64,000 nucleotides of DNA from Fibrobacterales bacterium (GTDB lineage Bacteria; Fibrobacterota; Fibrobacteria; Fibrobacterales; JAOPTW01), in NCBI GenBank assembly GCA_051532035.1, contig JAOPTW010000006.1:160001-224000 (forward strand), read 5' to 3'. The position numbers and the translations under genes were made by a program. The notes beneath the pieces were generated by a model. That model searched no databases. It saw only the letters and a program-made list of their open reading frames with translations, and was not told the DNA's origin. This document shows positions 39,807 to 51,881 of this stretch, one piece after another (the stretch's first letter is position 1; every line of letters begins with the position of its first letter).

Positions 39807-40793
39807 ATGATTGTAAATACAACATTCACTAACCGAGTATATCAGCACCATCGCGGACTCTCCTTTGTCGACATGCTCACAGAACGGTTTACCTATCGCA
39901 ATAGAGAATCCTGGCTTGCTCTTATTGCGGATGAGATCGTTCTTCTCAATAATGAACCTACCTCTCCTGATACTGTTGTTGCAACCAATGACGCCATCAC
40001 CTACCTTGTAAAAAACTACAATGAACCCGATGTTCCGACGGATTATGAGATAGTTTATGAAAATAGTGATGTTGTACTGGTATCCAAGCCACCTCAAGTA
40101 CCGGTGCAGCAAACGGGTCGAATCATTTATAATACCATGACCAATATGCTCAGAAGGGATTTGCACAACGATGCCGTTGTTCCCTTTCACCGAATTGACC
40201 GAGAGACCAGTGGCCTTATTCTCTTTGCAAAAAACAATCCATTTTGCAAAGCCCACCAAAAACATTTGAGCACTATTCTCCATCGAAAATTTTATCTCGC
40301 CCTTGTTTCAGGCTCAGTTAACTATTCGAACAAACATATTTCACTCCCTCTTGGAATGCGTGACGATTCACCTATTCGCACCAAGATGTACCCTCATAGT
40401 GGCAAGCAACAGATATCAGAAAGTACCTTTCATACCATCGCCACATGCGACAGTCACTCGTTACTTCTTATTGAAATACACACCGGAAGAAAACATCAAA
40501 TAAGAGCACAATGTGAATATCTTGGTCATTCTATTATCGGCGATAAAATCTATTCACACGATGGATCGTTTTATCTGAATTATGTTGATAGGGATTTACA
40601 TCAAGAGGAGATAGAGACCCTCGGAAGTAGTCGACTCTTGCTCCATTCCTTTGCGCTCGATCTCCATTTGCCAGACCTCAAACCACAACTATTCAACACA
40701 ACTAAAAGCTGTAGTGAATTTGAACAGTACTGTGTGGTATTTGATAACTGGAAAGAGCGATCCATACAACAGGTCTTAGAGCTCACTTCCTAA
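39807..40793 (+). CDS. RluA-family pseudouridine synthase
   Basis: VSKP, HRIDRETSGLILFAK, TGRKHQIR, IIGDKIY, LLHS. Confidence 0.92.
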   Translation: MIVNTTFTNRVYQHHRGLSFVDMLTERFTYRNRESWLALIADEIVLLNNEPTSPDTVVATNDAITYLVKNYNEPDVPTDYEIVYENSDVVLVSKPPQVPVQQTGRIIYNTMTNMLRRDLHNDAVVPFHRIDRETSGLILFAKNNPFCKAHQKHLSTILHRKFYLALVSGSVNYSNKHISLPLGMRDDSPIRTKMYPHSGKQQISESTFHTIATCDSHSLLLIEIHTGRKHQIRAQCEYLGHSIIGDKIYSHDGSFYLNYVDRDLHQEEIETLGSSRLLLHSFALDLHLPDLKPQLFNTTKSCSEFEQYCVVFDNWKERSIQQVLELTS

Positions 40794-40799
40794 AATAGT

Positions 40800-42632
40800 C
40801 TATTTTTTAAAATTACCTTCATCAGTAATAAGATAGTGACCCGGCTGATCAATCACAATCGAGTGTGTCTCACCTTTCTCAAACCGATATCCTCGAATTT
40901 TTACTGATTCAGGCGCTTCTTCACATTCTACCTCAGAAAGAGCGCGGATTGTATAACCACCATTTGCCACAGTCAAATCTTTTATCTCAACCTCAGCACC
41001 ATCTACTGCCTGTACAACAAGCGCTGCACCACTCGCTATTGTCACTCCATCAAGAGTAACGCCACTTCCCTTGATTACGAGAGTTGCATCTGAGGCTATG
41101 GTACACTTTTTAAATTTCTCTGCCACCTCACCCACCGAAAGTGCAGTTGAAGGCTTTATGACAATCTGTGGCCCCTGAAAGGGAAGCCCCAAAAAGAGTT
41201 GTTCAGCTCCCTGACCTACAGTAGAGCCCGCAAAGCGAAGTTTTTCACTGTTACCCAGATAATAATCACGTTCTGCAGTTGAAGCACACTCAGGATTACT
41301 CCCTCCTTCAAACTTACCTACTGCATCTCGTGCATTGTTTTTATTCGCACTAAAGCTCCAAGCACGATTAAATAGAGTCACACCTGCCTTATGTTGGGGC
41401 CCCAGCAATTTGGGGTAGTCCTGCATCATAGTTTCAAGCCGCGTTGGACTTTTAAAAATATCTTTTGAGTCATCAGCATACTTTGGATTTACAAACTCCG
41501 CAATAATACCCTGCGACTTTTCGAGAATATCAATATAACTCGAAAGCTTAATGATGAGTGCATTGGTGTTCCCTGGATACCGAGAAAACCCATTTTCATC
41601 TGCCACATCACCCTCAGGGCTTATGGTCGCTCTTAGAAGAGGATCAAGTTGATTGTACTCAACATTCAGTGAGAGAGCGTGATCACCCTTAACCAATTTA
41701 GTTAACGCACCAACTGCTTCACCAGGAATCCGCGTTGCCCCTGCGATATTAAAGTCATACTCATGCTTAATTGAAGCCCCTAAAAAGGCCGGTGCCGCAT
41801 TCATAATTTGGCCATTGGTATCTTGAATAAAGAGAAGATACTCTGTCCCCTCTGTATAGAGTTTCTGAGCAAGGCCACTACTGTGAATGAGCATGTGAAC
41901 ATCACCATGGCCATGAGGTTTCATCTCAAGGTTATAAGGTTCATTCAGTGCGAGGCCACCATCATTATTGGCTATAGCGGGCACAAGCTCTTGCATAAGC
42001 AAATGTACTTGTTCCTGTTTTAGGCCAAAATAGTTGTTGCGCTTTAGGGATGCAACCGTCTGCTCATGAGTATCTTTTGAAGTCATGATAATAAAGGGGA
42101 GTGCACACGCTTCATCAGCACGATTCTCCATCGCTTTAATCGTTTCACAGTAATACTGGAGATACGTCTGACCAGTCACTCCTTCAAAAGGAATATCAAT
42201 TTTAATACCACCATATCCTAAACGCTCACCAAGACCACCAGCAACCATCACAAATCCCACTGTGTGATACTGCTCTTCAGCGTATGATTCATACTCGAGA
42301 TAGGTTTCGTTGAGTTCTCTTAGGTCTACGCCATCGGGTTTTTCCGGGATATACCCATCAAAAGGATTTGCGCCACTTTTTGAATCAGCCAATAATCGCT
42401 TCGCATTAGAGATATACTGTATCAAACCACCTGAATACGATGCGTCAACGCGTACCAATGTTTGTACAAATGCCTTTTTCTTATCATCATTCACACCACA
42501 AACATCCCAATCAGAAAAAAGGTGCTCATTACTATTACCACAGATTTTAGCAATCAAATCCAGTTCACTCTGAGAAAAGAGTACAGCATTAGTACCAAGT
42601 ACCATTGTAGCGATAGTGTGTTCTGACGACAT
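40800..42632 (-). CDS. UDP-sugar pyrophosphorylase of the plant/protist USP type
   Basis: AGGLGERLGYGGIK, KPHGHGDVH, QDTN, NVEYNQLDPLLRA, GDV....GFS.YPGN.N, EFVNPKY, FKSPTRLETMMQDYPK. Confidence 0.88.
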   Translation of the reverse strand: MSSEHTIATMVLGTNAVLFSQSELDLIAKICGNSNEHLFSDWDVCGVNDDKKKAFVQTLVRVDASYSGGLIQYISNAKRLLADSKSGANPFDGYIPEKPDGVDLRELNETYLEYESYAEEQYHTVGFVMVAGGLGERLGYGGIKIDIPFEGVTGQTYLQYYCETIKAMENRADEACALPFIIMTSKDTHEQTVASLKRNNYFGLKQEQVHLLMQELVPAIANNDGGLALNEPYNLEMKPHGHGDVHMLIHSSGLAQKLYTEGTEYLLFIQDTNGQIMNAAPAFLGASIKHEYDFNIAGATRIPGEAVGALTKLVKGDHALSLNVEYNQLDPLLRATISPEGDVADENGFSRYPGNTNALIIKLSSYIDILEKSQGIIAEFVNPKYADDSKDIFKSPTRLETMMQDYPKLLGPQHKAGVTLFNRAWSFSANKNNARDAVGKFEGGSNPECASTAERDYYLGNSEKLRFAGSTVGQGAEQLFLGLPFQGPQIVIKPSTALSVGEVAEKFKKCTIASDATLVIKGSGVTLDGVTIASGAALVVQAVDGAEVEIKDLTVANGGYTIRALSEVECEEAPESVKIRGYRFEKGETHSIVIDQPGHYLITDEGNFKK

Positions 42633-42831
42633 GAGGCTCCTCACTGCTCAAAATGAGCTTCTGGGACTATATATTAGCGAATAAGAGAAATATAGTTCTC
42701 CTCACTCCAAGAGACAAGAAGAGTTGCCGATGAAAAGGAGTTTTTACAAAGGGAATTACAGAGTTTGACTTCCTAAATAGTGCTCATTAGACATACAGAA
42801 CGTAAAAAACAGGCCAATTATGAATTTGTTC

Positions 42832-42866
42832 AAAAAAAGGTTGTCTCATATATAGAGACAACCTTT
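42832..42866 (-). terminator. Intrinsic terminator after the small lipoprotein gene
   Basis: AAAGGTTGTCTC/GAGACAACCTTT stem with a U-run on the minus strand. Confidence 0.75.
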
Positions 42867-42891
42867 GAATATTTTATGAAAGCTGTTCAGT

Positions 42892-43200
42892 CTATTCTGC
42901 AGCACATAACAATGCACTTTCCTCTGAATAGGTATACATAGTTGCAGGGTCTTGGGGACATGATTTTGTTACATTTTCAGATGGACAAGCAGTACCTTCT
43001 GTATAAGTATTTAAATCTGTATCATCCATTTTCTCACATGCACCTGCACCAGGATTTTGCGCCATTTCTATACAATACGAATTAGCACCTTCATAAGATG
43101 TAAGGCATGACCAAGTTCCATTTCCAGATGTAGAATCATCATCACAACCAGTGATTAAAGCGAATGTTAAGAGAGCAGTTAATAAAACTAATAATTTCAT
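42892..43200 (-). CDS. Small Cys-rich lipoprotein
   Basis: MKLLVLLTALLTFALITG-C lipobox; six further Cys; AAGGA RBS. Confidence 0.8.
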   Translation of the reverse strand: MKLLVLLTALLTFALITGCDDDSTSGNGTWSCLTSYEGANSYCIEMAQNPGAGACEKMDDTDLNTYTEGTACPSENVTKSCPQDPATMYTYSEESALLCAAE

Positions 43201-43340
43201 ATTTTTCCTTTTTGTGTGTCCAGTTATTTGCTGGCATGCAAGATAGTTAATACACATTTTTTATAAATATGAATAGATGTATTTGTTAATATTTCCGCTT
43301 ACCAAAAGTAAACACGCCCATGTCCCATAACAGCAAACAA

Positions 43341-43823
43341 CTACCGCATAAGCTTCTTAACAGCACCCAGAAGTTTCTTCTTGTCATCCTCTTCAAAGCC
43401 CTCAACCTTGAGTACCAATTCACCCTTACCATTAAAGAGAAAGATCGAAGGGAGTGAAAACACTTCGAGGTCTTCTGCAAGTCGACTCCCCTGCCCCGCG
43501 AAAAGAGTGGGATACTCAATGTTGTTTTTGATCATATAACTAACCACTTTATTACGTCTCTTCTTTTCTGTATTAATACCAATGGTAGCAAAAGCTTTAT
43601 TCTCGTACTTTTTCTGCAGTTCATTGAGTACTGGAATAACTTTTTTACAACTCAAACACCAGGTTGCCCAAAAGTCTATTATGAGCGCCTTGCCTTCAAA
43701 CTCTTTTGAAGAGACCACCATACCATCTACATTCTGAAAGGCGAATTTAGGCAATATCTGCTTCTCTTGGGCAGATAGAGTAGCGCCCAAATAAAGGCAG
43801 AGTAGTAGTATTATTTTAATCAC
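43341..43823 (-). CDS. TlpA-family thiol-disulfide oxidoreductase
   Basis: IDFWATWCLSC, SLPS; GTG start at 43823 after AGGAG. Confidence 0.88.
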   Translation of the reverse strand: MIKIILLLCLYLGATLSAQEKQILPKFAFQNVDGMVVSSKEFEGKALIIDFWATWCLSCKKVIPVLNELQKKYENKAFATIGINTEKKRRNKVVSYMIKNNIEYPTLFAGQGSRLAEDLEVFSLPSIFLFNGKGELVLKVEGFEEDDKKKLLGAVKKLMR

Positions 43824-44078
43824 AGGTAACTCCTTAATCAGTAAAAAAGTGCCTCCATAATATATATTCTGGTAATAAATATCATTCATAAAGATTCATT
43901 TTTATCCCTGCCTTAGGATACAAAAACGAACTTGTTACAGCTTGTAATATTAACAAACCCTAATAAGCATTTCTCTTTTATTACCTGAATATTAAGGCAA
44001 TATTGCTATAATAGGTGGTATTATGATATTCAGGGAGCATGACTCTCCCGACAAAGTGTGAAGGTTTAAATTTTATCA

Positions 44079-45350
44079 ATGAATGATACTCCCGAAAGAC
44101 ATACATGTATCCTTGGTATGAATCATTCGACCGCATCAATCGATAAGCGGGATAGTCTTCTTTTTGCCCAAAGTGAACGTTCAGAAGTGCTCGACCGGTT
44201 TGCTTCAATTACTGGAGTAAAAGAGGTCATTCTTATTTCGACCTGTAATAGAACTGAAGTCTACGTAATAGTCGACCGCGACCCCAATCTCCTCTATGAC
44301 ACCTTTCTCGAATGTTGGCTCGACTACAAGTCACTTGATCGAACCCTCTTCGAAGAGTCGTTCTATTTTCATGCCCATGAACAAGCAATCGAACACCTTT
44401 TTAGAGTTGCCTGTTCACTCGACAGTCTTATTGTTGGTGAAGTGCAAATTCTTGGGCAAATTAAACAGGCCTACCACTTTTCAAAAGCTGAGAAAACAAC
44501 AGACCTCTACCTCAATCGACTCTTTCAAGAAGCGATTAAAATTGGTAAACGAGCCCGAACCGAGACCGGAATTAGCAAAGGCGCCGTATCTATAAGTTAC
44601 GCCGCTGTCGAACTCCTCCGTAAAAAAGTACCTCACTTTAGCTCATGCCGTGTCGGCATTATTGGTACCGGTAAAATGGGTGAACTCTCGGTGAAATCGC
44701 TCATCGATAACGGAGTCACTTCCATGCACTTTATTAATCGAACATACTCCAAAGCCCAGGAAATGGCCGAGACATACAATGGCCATGCATGGCCCCTCGA
44801 AGATCTTACCAAAGCAATGAAACACCTCGATATTGTCATCAGTAGTGTCGGCTCAAAAGAGCCTATTATAACAAACGAAACTATTACTGCAGCCAACCCA
44901 GAAAAAGAGTTGGTCATTGTTGATATCGCCGCACCACGAAATGTTGCAGCTACGGTAAACGACCTCAATGGTGTTTCAGTATATGATATTGACGACCTCA
45001 ATCTCATAGTCGATGAAAATATTGGCAAACGCCAAACCGAAATCGACCAAGTCGAAGTGCTTATTCAAGAGGAGCTCGAAGGTTTTTACGCCTGGTATAG
45101 CGCCCAAGAAATCGTCCCCGTCCTCAAGGCAATGCGCCTCCACATTCAAGACATTGCCCACAACGAACTCAAATCACTCGAAAATCAACTCGACGCCAAA
45201 GAGTACGACACCGTCAAACAGGCAATCCACACCCTCACCAACAAAATCCTCCACACCCCTTCTCGCGCACTCAAACAAATGTGCACCGAAGGCCGCACCG
45301 AAGAAGCCGCACGATACGCGAAAGAACTCTTCGGCCTCAAAGTAGACTAA
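44079..45350 (+). CDS. hemA: Glutamyl-tRNA reductase
   Basis: GMNHSTA, STCNRTE, SLDSLIVGEVQILGQ, IGTGKMG, DIAAPRNV, NKILHTP. Confidence 0.96.
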   Translation: MNDTPERHTCILGMNHSTASIDKRDSLLFAQSERSEVLDRFASITGVKEVILISTCNRTEVYVIVDRDPNLLYDTFLECWLDYKSLDRTLFEESFYFHAHEQAIEHLFRVACSLDSLIVGEVQILGQIKQAYHFSKAEKTTDLYLNRLFQEAIKIGKRARTETGISKGAVSISYAAVELLRKKVPHFSSCRVGIIGTGKMGELSVKSLIDNGVTSMHFINRTYSKAQEMAETYNGHAWPLEDLTKAMKHLDIVISSVGSKEPIITNETITAANPEKELVIVDIAAPRNVAATVNDLNGVSVYDIDDLNLIVDENIGKRQTEIDQVEVLIQEELEGFYAWYSAQEIVPVLKAMRLHIQDIAHNELKSLENQLDAKEYDTVKQAIHTLTNKILHTPSRALKQMCTEGRTEEAARYAKELFGLKVD

Positions 45351-45429
45351 TACACAAATATAGTTTTATTGAAGACGTACGTTAGTACGTCAAAATCAGA
45401 GCGAGCAAAGCAAAGCGAAAGTACTATGC

Positions 45430-45533
45430 TAGAGGGATAATGGTGAGAGTCAGACAAGGCATTGTTCCCGACTGCGTACATATTGTACGCCGAGGGGGCA
45501 ATAACGCAGTATGAGTCCACCATTATCCCTCTA
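45430..45533 (+). repeat. Structured TA-flanked intergenic element, copy B
   Basis: Perfect 16-bp terminal inverted repeat TAGAGGGATAATGGTG/CACCATTATCCCTCTA, AAGGC/AACGC loop, GCGTACA-TAT-TGTACGC hairpin. Confidence 0.7.
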
Positions 45534-46647
45534 AAGCAATGTCCCAGTCCTTCCAGATTACATCATACCCTTGAGACTTGATAACACCCTCTATCTCAGC
45601 AGGGGTCCGCTCATCAGAAATAGAAAACTGCTCAACAGCCTCCTCATCAAGAGCATACCCGCCAGGATCTGTTTTTGAACCGGCACTTACCGTAGTAACT
45701 CCAAGCTTAAAAGTGTTATCCCTAAAGACGGGTTTCTCTCTTGTAGACATTGAGAGCTCTACATCTTCATTAAAGATACGATAGGCGCAGAGGAGCTGTA
45801 GAAACTGACGATCATCAAGCTGTGATGCTGGTGATTGTAGTCCTTCCGCTGGTCTCAGTCTCGGAAATGAGAGAGAGTAGCGCGTACGCCAGTAGGTTTT
45901 TTCTAAGTAATCTAAATGAAGCGCCGTAAAGAATGAATCCGTACGCCAATCCTCTTCAAGACCAAGAAGTGCACCAATACCAATCTTTCTGACATGGGCA
46001 CGACCCAATCTATCAGGAGTATCAAGACGATAGTCAAAATCAGCTTTTTTACCCTTAAGATGGTAGAGAGGATAATTCTCTCTATGATAGGTCTCTTGAT
46101 AGACCATCACCGCACTTACACCGAGGGCAATAAGCTCTTCGTACTCATGCTGATCCATCGGCTGTACTTCAATTGATATGTGAGAAAAGTAGGGACGAAT
46201 CAGACGAATCACATCTTTAAAATAGTCGACTCCCACTTTCTTTTTTGACTCACCCGTAACTAAAAGTACGTGATCAAAGCCAAGGTTTTTAATAACGGCA
46301 ACCTCTTGCATGATTTGATCATGATTTAAAGTCAGCCTGTCCAATTTGTTGTTACTACTAAAACCACAGTACGAACAGGCATTACTACACTCATTAGAAA
46401 GATACAGAGGAATATACATCTGTATGGTTTTGCCAAAGCGCTTCTGTGTTAACTTATTACTCAGCTGAGCCATCTGTTCAAGATACGGTGCAGCAGCTGG
46501 TGAGATAAGCGCCATAAAATCTTCAAGAGTTCCACGGCCTGCTCGCGACAACGCGCCTCTTACATCCGCGTCACTCTTTGATGCAATTTTTTTTGTTACT
46601 ACATCCCAATCATATTCTGCATGGGTCTCTATAAATGATCTATTCAT
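45523..46647 (-). CDS. thiH: 2-iminoacetate synthase (radical SAM)
   Basis: PLYLSNECSNACSYCGF, LLVTGE, YQETY, SFPRLRP, SAGSKT.PGGY, QFSISDER. Confidence 0.95.
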   Translation of the reverse strand: MNRSFIETHAEYDWDVVTKKIASKSDADVRGALSRAGRGTLEDFMALISPAAAPYLEQMAQLSNKLTQKRFGKTIQMYIPLYLSNECSNACSYCGFSSNNKLDRLTLNHDQIMQEVAVIKNLGFDHVLLVTGESKKKVGVDYFKDVIRLIRPYFSHISIEVQPMDQHEYEELIALGVSAVMVYQETYHRENYPLYHLKGKKADFDYRLDTPDRLGRAHVRKIGIGALLGLEEDWRTDSFFTALHLDYLEKTYWRTRYSLSFPRLRPAEGLQSPASQLDDRQFLQLLCAYRIFNEDVELSMSTREKPVFRDNTFKLGVTTVSAGSKTDPGGYALDEEAVEQFSISDERTPAEIEGVIKSQGYDVIWKDWDIALEG

Positions 46648-46683
46648 GTTCTCTCTCTAGCGATTTGGAGTCGTCATCAACTC

Positions 46684-47463
46684 TTAATCTAAAAACCCAG
46701 TCAATGATTCCATCGGACTTGTAGCATGTGCAGCATCGTGTACTTCACCAAGACCAGCCTCATACGCTATACGCCCTGCTTCAATTGCCAGCGCAAAAGC
46801 ACGACCCATTTTAACGGGGTCACTCGCAACGGCAATAGCAGTATTGACCAAACACGCATCAGCTCCCATCTCCATCGCCTCTGCAGCGTGTGAAGGAGCC
46901 CCTATACCTGCATCAACAATAACAGGTACTCTACTCTGTTCTATAATTATTTTTAAAAATTCTTTAGAGGCGAGTCCTTTATTAGTTCCAATAGGAGCAC
47001 CGAGAGGCATCACTGCCTGAGCGCCCACTTCTTCTAGCCTTTTTGCAAGAACCGGATCAGCATGCATATAAGGGAGTACAATGAACCCCTCTTTTACCAA
47101 TTCTTCTGTTGCAAGTAGTGTTTCTACCGGGTCGGGCATGAGGTATTTAGGGTCGGGATGTATTTCGAGTTTAATCCAATTGGTCTCAAGTGCTTCTCTG
47201 GCAAGCTTTGCAGAGAAGACAGCTTCTTTCGCATTCCTCACCCCTGACGTATTGGGGAGTAGATTAAACTGAGAGTGCTTAATAAGGTGTTCTAAAATAG
47301 GGTCTTTTTTACCCTGCACATCGACACGTTTTAGCGCTACTGTTACCAGTTCCGATCCGCTTGCAAGCAGTGATTCTTCCATTTTCTCTGCACTACTAAA
47401 TTTACCAGTCCCCGTAAAGAGTCTTGATTGTAGCGTCTTATTTCCAATATATAATGGTTCCAT
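46684..47463 (-). CDS. thiG: Thiazole synthase
   Basis: [38 protein letters not shown]. Confidence 0.96.
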   Translation of the reverse strand: MEPLYIGNKTLQSRLFTGTGKFSSAEKMEESLLASGSELVTVALKRVDVQGKKDPILEHLIKHSQFNLLPNTSGVRNAKEAVFSAKLAREALETNWIKLEIHPDPKYLMPDPVETLLATEELVKEGFIVLPYMHADPVLAKRLEEVGAQAVMPLGAPIGTNKGLASKEFLKIIIEQSRVPVIVDAGIGAPSHAAEAMEMGADACLVNTAIAVASDPVKMGRAFALAIEAGRIAYEAGLGEVHDAAHATSPMESLTGFLD

Positions 47464-47531
47464 TCTATAACCTCTGGTTACTTGGACAGTTAAAAACTAT
47501 GAAGGCAATTATCTTGTCCCCCTCACTCTTT

Positions 47532-48152
47532 TTACTGTTCAACCTTCTTAATAATTTCTTTCATAACACCAGATCTATCCGTAGCAGTATTCACTACCGA
47601 ACAGAGTGCAAATCCATAGGCCCCTGTCGCGAGTACATCAGGAATATCATCTGGTATAATTCCGCCAATAGCAATAACCGGTAGTTCCGGTAGCGCCCAG
47701 GCGATTTCTTTAACGCCCTCTGCACCCATTACTGGGGCGAGGTTCTCTTTGGTTGTCGTAAATTTATAAGGACCAATGCCCAAATAATCAATATCAAATT
47801 CGGCCATCGCTTTAGCATCTTCTAATGAATTTGCCGTTGCTCCAATAATTGCATTAGGGCCCAGTTCTTTTCGTGCAAGGTCGGGACGCATATCATTTTT
47901 CCCAATGTGCACTCCATCAGCACCAATCTCTTTTGCCAAGGGAACATTGTCATTAATAATAAATGTCGCACTATATTTTTTGCACACTGCCTGTACAGCC
48001 AAAGCCGTTTCAGTCTGCTTTGACTCAGGCACTTTTTTCATACGAATCTGCACCCAGGTTGCACCGCCTTTACACGCCTCTTCTGCAAGAGCTGCATGGG
48101 TCATGCCTGCTATTCCGTCTTGAGTCAGATAGTGTACTTTTGCTATTTCCAT
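47532..48152 (-). CDS. thiE: Thiamine-phosphate synthase
   Basis: VQIRMK, FIIND, GADGVHIGKND, DYLGIGP..FTTTK, IAIGGI. Confidence 0.93.
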   Translation of the reverse strand: MEIAKVHYLTQDGIAGMTHAALAEEACKGGATWVQIRMKKVPESKQTETALAVQAVCKKYSATFIINDNVPLAKEIGADGVHIGKNDMRPDLARKELGPNAIIGATANSLEDAKAMAEFDIDYLGIGPYKFTTTKENLAPVMGAEGVKEIAWALPELPVIAIGGIIPDDIPDVLATGAYGFALCSVVNTATDRSGVMKEIIKKVEQ

Positions 48153-48901
48153 TTGTGATACCCCAACATACTTTCATTTGAAGCAAGGAGGTCTTCAACA
48201 TACCCCTTAGCCATTTTACATGCATCATTTAGTTCTGCACCCAGTGCAAGGTTCGCCAAAACTGCTGAAGAGTAGACACATCCAGAACCATGTTTTGGAC
48301 TGAGTTTTTCGCCACTCCCAGTAACTTCATAAATTTGTTCCAACCGAATCAATCGATCACAAAAATTATCACTTTCTATATGCCCCCCTTTCAGGAGTAC
48401 ATTAGTGAGTTTACTGAGCTCTTTGGCATACCCAAGAGCATCACTCCCAGCAATATGTTCCATCTCTGTCCAATTAGGTGTAATTGCATAGAGTGATTTG
48501 CAGGTCGATTCTAAGGCCCCTTTATGGAATGCTGAGTGTATTTCAAATCCAGCGCTCGCTTTAATGATCGGGTCCCAAATAATATGTACTCGTGGGTTGA
48601 TGTCGTACAAGTGATCAATAATGAGATTGAGCACTTCAAGGTTCTGAACCAAACCAATTTTCACATACTCAAATGAAAAATCCAACACATCAATCTGGCG
48701 TTTAATCTCTTTCGAACTATACCAAGTGAGGTCCTTAAACTCAGTATCATTTTGATAGGTCATTGCAGTCACTACAGAAAAACCATAAACACCATGTGCT
48801 TCAAAGGTTTTTATATCAGCAAGCGCACCTGCCCCACCAGAGGGATCAAAACCCGCAATAGAGAGTACTTTAGGTCGATCACAACCATCATACCGAGCCA
48901 T
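48143..48901 (-). CDS. thiD: Hydroxymethylpyrimidine / HMP-P kinase
   Basis: SIAGFDPSGGAGALADIKT, VKIG, WDP, ITPN, LKGGH, HGSGC; start ATG 48901 after GGAGG. Confidence 0.92.
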   Translation of the reverse strand: MARYDGCDRPKVLSIAGFDPSGGAGALADIKTFEAHGVYGFSVVTAMTYQNDTEFKDLTWYSSKEIKRQIDVLDFSFEYVKIGLVQNLEVLNLIIDHLYDINPRVHIIWDPIIKASAGFEIHSAFHKGALESTCKSLYAITPNWTEMEHIAGSDALGYAKELSKLTNVLLKGGHIESDNFCDRLIRLEQIYEVTGSGEKLSPKHGSGCVYSSAVLANLALGAELNDACKMAKGYVEDLLASNESMLGYHKWK

Positions 48902-49475
48902 TAAGTACCTCCGTTTTTCCAAGTATTTTTGCCATTTCTAACACCGGTTTTTTACTGCCCCAAAGCGCACCGAGTACTGCCGCACCTTTAAAGCCATACT
49001 CTTGAACATCTGATAATTTCTCAGTAGTAACCCCACCAAGAGCATACACCTTTTTTAAGTTTGATGTACGAAGACACTCATCACTAAACTGCGCTTTATA
49101 GCCCTCTTTTGAAATACTATCAAAAATGGGACTTAAGAACATATAGTCAAGCTCTTTACCGAATTTTTCAATTTCAGTAAGACTATGACACGAACGACTC
49201 AAAGAACGAACCGACTTCTTTAACGCAAAGTTGGTCTGTTTGCTTTTGAGATGTACTCCGCCAAACAGTTCAGTAAAAGGCCAGTGCTTGAGATCGTGCA
49301 AAATTAATTTTTTCCGATAAGATTTCTGAAATGATTCTAGGAAAGGGACCAACTGTTTCGGTGTCCAGTTTGGCTTTCGTATATGAAATCTATAGGCCCC
49401 AAGATCCAGCATCTCTTCAATTAAAGAGACTTCATTTTCAATGGTACCGGGTGATGTGATGCCTATTATATTCAT
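48888..49475 (-). CDS. ThiE/TenI-like TIM-barrel protein
   Basis: FHIRKP, SRSCHS, YMFLSPIFDSISK.GY, YALGGV, GAAVLGALW. Confidence 0.85.
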   Translation of the reverse strand: MNIIGITSPGTIENEVSLIEEMLDLGAYRFHIRKPNWTPKQLVPFLESFQKSYRKKLILHDLKHWPFTELFGGVHLKSKQTNFALKKSVRSLSRSCHSLTEIEKFGKELDYMFLSPIFDSISKEGYKAQFSDECLRTSNLKKVYALGGVTTEKLSDVQEYGFKGAAVLGALWGSKKPVLEMAKILGKTEVLNGSV

Positions 49476-49559
49476 ATGGTGTCTATGTTTGAGAAAAGCA
49501 GTAATAAAAGCCTGACTTTCAAAGCGCACAGCACTCCAAAAGCCAGATTTTTTCAATTA

Positions 49560-51413
<1,854 letters not shown>

Positions 51414-51433
51414 TTATGGGTTTAAAATTCTGG

Positions 51434-51637
51434 CTATCCGCCCTGTGTTGCTTGAATAAGCAATACAGAATCACTCTCTTGTAACTGAACAGTCGTCCAG
51501 TCAGAGCGGGATATAATTTCTTCGTTCACTGCAATTGCCGTACCATTAAGCGCATCAGCTCTATGTTCTCTGAGCAAATCGAGCACTGTAGCGCCATCGG
51601 CTATGGTATACGAGTTTTCATTGAGTGAGATATTCAT
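51434..51637 (-). CDS. thiS: Sulfur carrier protein
   Basis: 67 aa, AIAVNEEII, C-terminal ATQGG. Confidence 0.93.
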   Translation of the reverse strand: MNISLNENSYTIADGATVLDLLREHRADALNGTAIAVNEEIISRSDWTTVQLQESDSVLLIQATQGG

Positions 51638-51639
51638 TG

Positions 51640-51725
51640 TCCTCCCTTCGTCTTCATTACAAGCATCAGGTTATAAGGGTCTGTTCTCAGCCATCTTGAT
51701 ATACTCAATTGGCACCCCTGGTTTT
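51640..51725 (-). promoter_or_regulatory. TPP riboswitch
   Basis: Minus strand: AGGGGTGCC..GGCTGAGA..ACCCTTATAACCTGAT..GTAAT..CGAAGGGAGG directly before thiS. Confidence 0.92.
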
Positions 51726-51881
51726 GATAGATAAAAGATAGTCAAACCCCATTGATTTTCCACCGCCAAAGCCACTTGGCCCCCTAATTTACACGTTTGT
51801 GAATCAAATCACCCTTTTTAGGCTAAAAATAGGGGAATGGTAGAAATCAACTCTGTTTCATACTATCTTTTGGGCTTAATT

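Noticed and set aside
39777..40283. 168-aa minus-strand ORF and the many other 60-140-aa alternate-frame ORFs in the track
   Set aside because: They lie inside well-supported genes on the other strand or frame, with no recognisable motifs
49505..49555. AAAGCG..GCACTCCAAA REP-like remnant between thiC and the thiE-like gene
   Set aside because: Single copy with no internal palindrome; too short to support
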